A stretch of DNA of 11,136 nt from Paraphysomonas bandaiensis (Eukaryota > Protista > Chrysophyceae). Under the pieces are notes generated by a model, which searched no databases, was not told where the DNA came from, and saw only the letters and a list, made by a program, of their open reading frames with translations. The first letter of the stretch is position 1. Each line of letters begins with the position of its first letter. Below are positions 1-8,525 of the stretch, piece by piece. The translations under genes were made by a program, and so were the position numbers. The DNA is taken from contig CBFFRP010000220.1 in NCBI GenBank assembly GCA_965644295.1, positions 1 through 11,136 on the forward strand. The letters run 5' to 3'.

Positions 1-46
1 TTTTTAGACAGAGGTTTAGACTTAGAGATGAGTCTATTTTACTGTC

Positions 47-108
47 AAGAATTTTTTTATCTCAGGCATTCAATAGCTGGGAGGCGTCATAGTACAACAC
101 TCAATTGA
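47..108 (+). pseudogene. Probable extreme C-terminus of a Ty1/copia Pol (RNase H tail), truncated or degenerate
   Basis: Frame 1 is open from base 1 to TGA at 106-108 and reads ...QEFFYLRHSIAGRRHSTTLN*. The F-x-x-LR-x-x-I-x-G pattern resembles the end of copia RNase H, and it runs directly into the PPT. The upstream AD-x-x-TK motif is not visible. Confidence 0.4.
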
Positions 109-115
109 GGGGGAG
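107..115 (+). other. Polypurine tract (PPT) of an LTR retrotransposon
   Basis: GAGGGGGAG immediately followed by TGTTG, the typical copia PPT/3'-LTR junction. Confidence 0.8.
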
Positions 116-486
116 TGTTGAGATCTGAAGATTCTATATACTTGCAATTGAGTGCAGTATTATGTGAGATGCAAGGATCGAAAGATATATATGTAATTAG
201 TACATTATATTATGTAGTATGAAACTGAAGTAGAAGTGGGTGACTATACAGGATACGATCACTGAGTGTGTGGTTTGTACACTATAGTAGTAAATGAATG
301 GTGTTGAACACATCGAACACAACTTAGGTTCTTTATCATGTAATGTTTATAATTTCATCTTATCAGTTGAGAATAGTAAACCTTAGCAAATAATGTCAAC
401 TTCTGTTAGTTATATCGAGAATGTCTTTATCGTCGTGCACGATACAACAACACTATAGATAAAGTTGGAGCCCACATATCTCAACA
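116..486 (+). mobile_element. 3' LTR (371 bp) of a Ty1/copia-like retrotransposon
   Basis: Starts TGTTGAGAT (116-124) and ends ATCTCAACA (478-486), a perfect 9-bp terminal inverted repeat with TG...CA ends, directly after the PPT. Candidate target-site duplication is TGAAT (487-491). Confidence 0.8.
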
Positions 487-785
487 TGAATAGTTTATGT
501 ATTATGTACACTTAATTCTGAATTGTAGACGAGTTATTGTGCCTAAAAAATTGTTTCACTCAATTTAGTGAATCTATTCATTTTACAATCTTGGTTCAGT
601 TGTACATTTTTAGTATGGCGTATCAATCTTATTTTTTGTCTTGTAGTAGGGAGGTGTAGATATGGTTTTGCATCACATTATTGTGGGGATTTAGTTTCAT
701 TTAGAATATCTAACTTTTTACAAATAAAATATTACATCAAAGTATAACATAGCAGTGCTGCATTGACACCACGTTTCTAATATCT

Positions 786-3700
786 TTAAGTCATTTGTAC
801 ATCACCTCTAATTACTTCCACTAATTCCTCAAATTTCCCTTTCTCTAAACGCAGCAGAAAATCTTCTTTCTGAAGTTGCAAAAATTCCCACTCGCTGCCC
901 ACGTAGTAGACCCGATGTTCACAAGATACATCATCATAATCTTCTATTTTTCCATCATAGTATTTCGCATCCTCAGACCAGTATACTTTCACCGGTAATC
1001 TCAGGACTTGAATATGAATACAGCTGAAGCAGTCTGGGCACACCCACTTCCAAGCGTCCGATATAGAGGCAGACGGGAGAGTGGAACAACAATTCCCGAA
1101 TAAAGTCCACTGCAATATTCGTGTAAGGTAGAAAGTATATTCGTGTCTTAGATATACCAAATCATACTTATAGAAATTAACGTACACAACATTAACGTAT
1201 CACTATCAAACCACACATATATTCAAAAAGTCCCGACAAACCTTTTCCTCACAAATAGCACAGTCACGAATCGTAGTGCCATCTGTAGAGCATTTATCGT
1301 CGCACTTCTTAATTATCACAGTATTTGTGGAGTATATATTGAGTGCGCAGCGTCCGGGGGAGGATTCAAGCCATAGTTGACGTAAATAAGCAAATATGCC
1401 ACCCAATACCGAAGAATCCCACCAAGTCTAAAAAAACAAATCAAATTACCGGTGATACACGGAGAAAAATAATATATAAATTATCTTACCTTAGACATTT
1501 CGTCAGTAATCTGACGACCATTACTGAGCATTTCGTAAAAGTCTTTAGAAAACTGTGCAAACGAATGGTACAAGTGGTCCTGAAGCTTTCGTTTCATGAT
1601 ACCTAAGCTTATTGGGTGTACTACCAGGGAATTGTACTTCGGGAATATATGATACGGAATTTCGTCAAAATCTTCTGACAGCATTCTTCCATCCGATACA
1701 CTCGTTTCACCCGATGAGGGCACAGATGAAGGCAGGTCCTCAACAGATGATGTGCTGTATTTACTTCGCTGTTTCGATGCTCGACTCGAGGGCAGCCGGG
1801 TCCGACGGACATGTGCATATTTGGGCTGAGATGATGAGCTTCTGTTATTCCACCAGTGTGTGGATATATCTTTCTTCTCAGCTAAACAGCGAATCAATGC
1901 AGATATACAGGCATCAGAGGAGCCTGCTTGGTCAATATTTCCAAAAATACCTTCACATGGGACGCACACATCCGATAGAATAGCAAGAATAGTGGCCAGT
2001 ACACGCTCCAAACGTACCGCACTCTGAGCGGCGCAATATCTTGATGAGTTTCCCACTGCAGTCCATTCACTACCCTTGTTGGAAAGAAGGTCTGGGACGA
2101 ATTTGTCAACAGCACACTGAAACCCTGATCCACTGTCAATAAATCGATGCACCATCCTATCTACTAATAACGAGTCCACCCTAGGTAGAGTGGGAACAGC
2201 GGTTTTCGCTAATATTGATGTCGGTGAATCTCTCTGCTTCATACCTGCTGGGGAATCTTCATCGGGAGCTCTCTTCCTTTTCTTCGGTATTACTTCAGCT
2301 CTGATTTCTTCTCCACATTTCCCTTCACCGCCTTTCTCCATCTCTGCTATATCCTTCGTTTTAATCTCCACTTCCAAATCATATTTCGGGACAGACTTCA
2401 TTTTCGACTTCGAGGTTATTTTTCGAGTACTTTCATGAAGGTAGCAGTCTACATGCGCCCCTAACTCCGTTTCAAAGTCAACCATTTCGCTTTCACCCAC
2501 CTTTCTAAACATGTCTTCGCGAACAATCCGAGAATATCCGGAATATCCACCACTCTTCGCAAAATTGGAATGTGAAAGTTGCTGGCTACCCAATTTCACA
2601 CTCAGCTCATGTGACACTTTCGCCGGCACAGTAGGAGGTCGAGGTTCAGAGAATGTGAATGCAGAAGTAGAAGTTATAGCTGTATCAGATTCGTCATTTT
2701 GTTTCTTACGCGGACGTCGCTGTTTCTTCGTTAAATTTTGAGATTTGATATCACTACCAGTGTCATTTTCATGACGCAACAGAGCTACTGGAGCAGTTGT
2801 GTGATGCTTTCGCTTGATAGGTGCAATGCTTGTAGAAAGTTCTAAACTCGGTACACCGAGTGGAACTTGGAGAGGTTTACTCCCTCCTCCACTTCTGTGT
2901 ATAATACCACTCCCAGATTCTATTTCATTCATTGTCACTGATTCAGCACTAGGCGACTGCATCACTTCCTCCGAAGTCCGCAAACCGCGAGACTTCTTTA
3001 GCCGTCTTAGGGCGAGTTCTATATTGCGAACGAATATTTCTCCTCGTGTACTGTAATATTTCTTTTTCGATTTTTCTCGCACTCTGATTAAATCTAAAAT
3101 AATTAGCGCATTATTCAGGGAACGCCGTAAACGAGCCACTTCCTCTGAATCAACCCAGTACCCATTAGGAAGACGATATATACCACTCGGAATGTGATTG
3201 GAGCAAAAGTATTCCTTAACCCCATTTCTAATGCGAATAAAGCAGTCCCCTGCACGAGCAGCACAAATAGGATGAAATAGCTGTCCACACGACTCATGAT
3301 GGGAACAGCGTGTACACAGGCCGGTCTTGCGGTTACAGTACACACAATTTTGTTTCTTACCATCTTTACAAATCTGTCCGCTACGAGTGGGTTTGTAGGT
3401 AGCACAAAAATGATGAAACCACTTCCCATCAACTGTAATAAACATGCCCCCACGTCGAGGGCATGCTGCACAGCGAAGTTCCGGTAGAGGAGCAGCATCT
3501 CGTCCCTCGTCCTCTTGCTTTATGTGTGCATTTTTCCGGGTACACGAAACGCATTTCCAATTCGAAATGTCTACATTTTGCAGGGAATTGGGATCAATAG
3601 TGGGGTTTGAAGGTACCATTTCCATTTCTTCTGCTTTGTGGTATCCTGTCCCTGGGAATCCAGTTTTGGTAGCTTGCTCATTAGTACTGGGCTTCGCATT

Positions 3701-6700
3701 CTTAACTTCCGACATTGGAGTGTGATCACACTGGGACTCCATACAACGAATGGATTGCGCAGACAAAGAAATAGCACATTCGAGACTGTCATCTAAAGGA
3801 GAGGGAGGAGAGAGGGTTGGTCCACTTTGATGATCACCGCGTGATGTAATTTCAATATCTTGCACTTGAAGAGATGACATCGTAACAATTCGCGTACGAC
3901 TCCCCAAGGATGGTACAAGGCACTTTCTGTGTACACTTAATGCACAATCTACGCATTTGACAAGCCATGCATGGGAATCTGGAATATTTTTTTGTGAGTC
4001 AGATATAACCTTCTCGTTTTCATTCACTTCGGATACTTTCGGAAATATTTTTCCTGCTGGCCCGAGACAGATCGCACATATGTCTGATCCGTATATGTCG
4101 ACATTCAAATCCTTTGGCTTCACAGTACCTACCAGTCGCTTGGTGGCATTCGATATGCTTTGATTCTTCTTCTTCACCCTCCGGCGCTTCGGAGCTCGAC
4201 CAGGAATATAGCACAAATCCAGCTCACTTATCATATATAGACGTCGCAAGTCCCTCTGCATAGCCCGAGCATGAGAAACCCCTGTTGGCGTATGGGACAA
4301 GCAATGAAAGGTAAAGTTCAAGCCAGAAGGGTACATACACTCACTACCAAGCTTGGGTTGACCAAGAAAAGACGGGTCGGTGAGTTCAGTGAATATGTAC
4401 AGACCTGTAAACCAAGCACATATAGGATGGAATGCATTCCCACAGTCCTTAGCGCTACAACCTACCATATAGCCTCCTCCTTTATTACACACCGAGCACA
4501 CGTTTGTGGATATCGAAGTGTCAGGAGCATTGGTGATAGAACCTTGCAGTTGCGATTCACAACTAACCCCAGGCCGTTCAATTGATATCAACGTAGCTGC
4601 GGAACTAGCACTGATATTATCTCGTCTTGCACTCGTGCCAGGGCCTGAAGAAGTCGGATCATTCACCGGTTGTGAATTAATCAGAGAGCTATCTTCACGT
4701 CTTTCAGCGGCGGTGAGACCCATAAATGGCACCCTTGATATGTCGACAGGGCCCATTCGCTTAAGATCATGTATATCTGCTTTTCCGGACCATATGGCGC
4801 ATGCGAGATGTACCCATCTCCCGTCTGTTGTTTTCTTCAGCGCACCATGGTAAAGAGGGCATAAGCAGCATGACACTAAACCCTTTAAATTTTCATTTTC
4901 AGAGCCGAAGTTCAGACCTTGAGATAAGTCTTTAATATATTCACACCTATCACAGAAAAAATCGCCATCCGGAACGACAGAGATCCCGTAACACATCTGG
5001 TGCACGGCAGTGTTACACCCATCGCAAAATATAATCCTGTTTGCATCGTCAGAGCTGGTGCCGTCAAAGCAACACATACAAACGGCGTCGATATGGTTCA
5101 CATCATCATTAATAGCCTTGAGCTGTTCTTCTGTCGGGCGACCCTCGACTTCTATGGCCCATGACGCAGGGACTACATCAACGTGATGTTTGTTAAAGTC
5201 CTTAGTTTGGTCCCTGATCCCGCGCATCACACTACGACAGATGCTACCCCATATCCGTTGGTTTGTATACGATGTCAAAATCGCTTTCTCGTCGGCCTGC
5301 TTCTGCTTTAACTGCTTTACAGCAGATCGAGCTAAATTCACAGCATCGGATCTCAGTAGTCTATCCACAACACCAGTCATGGACTCCAGCAAGTCTCGAT
5401 ATACTGCTTGATCGTGTCGAATCAATTCACAAATTTCATCATTCTCCTCCTCGAGCGGAATTAACTCCCGATCTCCAAGCAGGACCGAATTCGATGAACT
5501 ATAAGACTCTACACCATCCAGTTTTATTTCCGTTTTCCTTAACACACCCTCACTAGCTGGGGTGTTCATAGTGGTCTGTACCCCCAATATACCGCACGCT
5601 GTGAACAACTTTTCAAAGGAACTAGGGTCGTTTCCAACACTCCCACTATTCTCATAGCTGTCATCAGTCTCACTGCAGCAATGAAATCCTTTGACTGGGT
5701 ATCGCCATTGGCTATTCTCAGCACTTGTATTGGGGTCACGTTGACGCAAAGAGAAAACACATTTTCTACGTTTTGGTCCGTTGAATAGGACACTAATATA
5801 CTGGGGCTTCTTCTCATCTATGAGCAACACCATTATCAGCGACAAATATAAAATATATATCAAGTATTAATACATACCTGCATCATCAAATCCCTCAAAA
5901 GGGAATTCCAATCGCGTCAGGTAATGAACACCACTTTTGTCAAAGCAAAACGCTTCGTCAGTCGACGGCTGTCTTTCACGAATTGCTTTTGACTGCGTTT
6001 TCACCGGAGACATGGCGTCGAGTTCCGTGGACACCTCTTTTTTCAATCCGCTTGCTTTCGCGGTGTATGATGCTCTTGCAGATGGGATTTCATCAATAAC
6101 ATTGATGAGTTTCGTGATCTTATTCTCAAACTCACCACGCTTGTCGGGGTCCATAAGAGCAACAAAGTCTCGATCAGAGAGGCCAGAAGACAATACCTCA
6201 CTGTCCCCAAGTCTTAATTTCTGAACAAAATGTAAAACAAACTCCATGTGTACCACCAATGCAAGTAGGTTCATACCTCGATAGTATCCTTAAGAGATCC
6301 CAACGGCGGTGGAATGTAATTCTCATAGTCTTTAAAGAATGGGTTTGCTGGACCCAATCTCAACCTCGAAGCCATGAAATCTATCCACTGTGTACGTACC
6401 ACACATCAAATTAACAGTCATATTCCTATGAATCCTACGAGTGCAGATGCACAATGGTCGTATTGCAGCACTACGGATATATCAATGAAAGCATTTATCA
6501 CCTGCTCGTCGTGATCTTCAGGGAACCACATTGCTACAACATCCCAGAAATGATTAAGGTCCATGGGCTCGGATTCAGCCTTCCCGGGCCATTCTGAAGC
6601 CGTGTAGACCGCATAACCAGCTTTCTCCGAGAGGTCCTACAAAAAAATGAGATATCAATCGCACTCGTAACAGAGGCTACACGAATTTATGTATGATATG

Positions 6701-8030
6701 GTATTCACATGTCGTGTATAAACACTAGTGTAACAAAACATACAGTGCGGTATACAGTCAGAGGTTTAATGTCATAAATTACATCGGCAGCAGCACCTCA
6801 ACTTCGATTTCCTCGCTGGTGTCGTCTACGTTCCCTCCAGGTTTAGAAATACCTTTTCTGCTTATAGACCTATTCTGTGATGAATTTATTATGCCATTTT
6901 CAACGATCTTTTCAACTTCTGGTGCAACTTTCATAGCGCTAGTACGTTGAGCACGCGTGGGTGTGGATGCATTCGAAGGGCTCCCGCGCCTCCTGGGGGT
7001 ATTTTTGATGGGTTCGTTATTTGAATTTTCAATGCCACTCCGCCTACGATTCTTTGAACTTTGATCCAACGAATGAGAATTATTTTTGGGCGTTGCTACC
7101 GTATTCTCAACAGAATGATCTGGCAATGAAGAGCGATTTCCGTTCACCTACCAAATACGCTTTCATTAAGAAATTCCTTTCCTATTGGGGAGTAATACAG
7201 TACATCACGATACACTAACCATCGTTATACCAAATATGACTGCCTATAATGGCACACAGTCTGACACAAACTACTGTCACATATATAGCATATACTCTGA
7301 GATCAGTCGTTTCAATTCTCATCCTATGATTTCTGATATAAATCTTGATATTTGAAACAAATCACCTTAGGTTTGACAGGTCCGTCGACGGATGATGCAT
7401 GAAGTGCACAAAATATTTCAAATAGATGCTCGCTTGGGTCTATTGGACTTTTTACAACTCGATGAGTGAATCCTTTATTGTGACGTACAGCACACCAAGG
7501 GTGGGCCCCTACACAACATCGTCCGAAACAGCACTGAACAACAGCACCTTTATGGGAGCAAAGCTTACAACCAATCTTGTAGCGCGCCTTGTCAATATGG
7601 GATACATTATATATACCACCCTTGGAGGGATCATAATAGACTTTGGGCACCCAGAGGGCACAGAGACCGTGAACCCACTTTCCTTTCTTCTCAGTTTTCT
7701 TGAATGCCCCTGAAGTGTGTTGACATATCACACAACGAGTTTTACTAGGCTTTCCACCTCCTCTGCAAACCTCACAATACCTTATAATGACAAGGTCAAT
7801 TCAACAATCGGATTAACACACGCATCTCACCATGCGCCTTCCGGAATAACATCAACACCATAGCACAGCTGGTGCACCGCTACGTTGCAGCTTTCGCATA
7901 TAAGTATCTCGTTGTTCTCATACACTGTGCCGTCCACACATACATCGCAAACTTGATCCTATATCATACTGTTACAGTCACGTATACGGGGGACTTAGAG
8001 CACTACCACATCAGAATCGTCTGCGTCCAT
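786..8030 (-). CDS. Multi-exon BRPF/JADE/Nto1/AF10-like chromatin protein (about 2,110 aa): 3 PZP modules, Ada3-like region, bromodomain, Tudor
   Basis: Exons assembled by hand with GT-AG introns and continuous frame: 8030-8007, 7958-7831, 7780-7366, 7147-6797, 6636-6502, 6387-6277, 6220-5878, 5817-1490, 1427-1242, 1109-786 (alternative last acceptor at 1166). Splicing restores an intact PHD finger (...IPEGAW|YCEVC) and the last bromodomain helix (...DEMSK|[12 protein letters not shown]). An in-frame TGA lies just upstream of ATG 8030. The boundaries of exons 1, 4 and 10 are the least certain. Confidence 0.88.
840..1010 (-). other. C-terminal Tudor domain
   Basis: [40 protein letters not shown] fits the Tudor pattern V-x-V-Y-W-x-x-D-x-x-(W/Y)-Y-x-G-x-I-x-x-Y-D...H-x-V-x-Y...E-x-L-x-L. 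Confidence 0.85.
1370..2011 (-). other. Bromodomain resembling SMARCA/polybromo types, with an insertion after helix Z and an intron before helix C
   Basis: [15 protein letters not shown] ... [67 protein letters not shown]|[12 protein letters not shown]. Confidence 0.85.
3055..3145 (-). other. BRPF/JADE/Nto1 post-PZP (EPC-II-type) helix
   Basis: [25 protein letters not shown] matches the family pattern RLRxDLERARxLxELxRKREKxK. Confidence 0.75.
3194..4078 (-). other. PZP module 3 (PHD - Zn knuckle - extended PHD) with large insertions
   Basis: CAIC...[12 protein letters not shown]...WKCVSC; [11 protein letters not shown]...KWFHHFCA; CVYC...[19 protein letters not shown]...YFCSNH. Confidence 0.85.
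4292..5080 (-). other. PZP module 2
   Basis: CMCC...[31 protein letters not shown]; [27 protein letters not shown]; CSVC...[15 protein letters not shown]...HCLSH. Confidence 0.92.
5256..6570 (-). other. Putative Ada3/TADA3/Ngg1-like region
   Basis: Motifs occur in the Ada3 order: [42 protein letters not shown]...RLL. Recognised from memory of Ada3 sequences; no HMM was run. Confidence 0.55.
7396..7949 (-). other. PZP module 1 (N-terminal, split by one intron)
   Basis: CDVC...[31 protein letters not shown]; [14 protein letters not shown]...[11 protein letters not shown]; CKLC...[17 protein letters not shown]...FCALH. Confidence 0.92.
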
Positions 8031-8178
8031 TCGATCAGATCAGCCTCACATAAGCCTATCCATGAGAGACAGAGTCGATTCCTCCTTGCTTCATGCAAAC
8101 AGGAAGTGTATAGATGTGATCTATCCAATGCTGGATAACACACTACACCACCACTCCGTCCAACACCATGTACTGCTC

Positions 8179-8342
8179 TACATACATACATACATACATA
8201 CATACATACATACATACATACATACATACATACATACATACATACATACATACATACATACATACATACATACATACATACATACATACATACATACATA
8301 CATACATACATACATACATACATACATACATACATACATACA
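8179..8342. repeat. Perfect tetranucleotide microsatellite (TACA)41
   Basis: 164 nt of uninterrupted TACA units, followed by the variant units AACA AAC. Confidence 0.98.
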
Positions 8343-8525
8343 AACAAACTGTATTCTCTGTACGTACATACACTCTGCACAAGCAAGCTGTGTATGTCCA
8401 CAGACTGGCTTGGAGTTTGTGGAATATACTACATGGAATATATGATGTTACATATGGTGCGAGCTGATCTAGTGGGTTGATATCCATTTGACTATTTTCG
8501 ATCTGTGTATTTAATTGTTGATGAG

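Noticed and set aside
95-120. 8-bp hairpin CAACACTC/GAGTGTTG as an independent element
   Set aside because: It overlaps the PPT/LTR junction and is better treated as part of the retroelement.
5818-5863. Hydrophobic N-terminus ([15 protein letters not shown]) of the 1460-aa ORF, resembling a signal peptide
   Set aside because: It is translated intron 7 (GT at 5877, AG at 5819-5818). The ORF-track starts at 1187, 6274, 8505 and 9817 are likewise intronic or upstream of the real start.
1343-7713. Numerous 60-130 aa ORFs antisense to, or out of frame within, the large minus-strand gene
   Set aside because: These are shadow ORFs over a well-supported coding region and carry no motifs of their own.
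786-8030. Assigning the symbol BRPF1, JADE, NTO1 or ADA3 to the large gene
   Set aside because: The architecture matches none of them exactly, and orthology needs a phylogeny.
8003-8487. ORFs encoding (MYVC)n or (YIHT)n repeats
   Set aside because: They arise from the stop-free TACA microsatellite, which is open in every frame. The flanking peptides show no recognisable domain.
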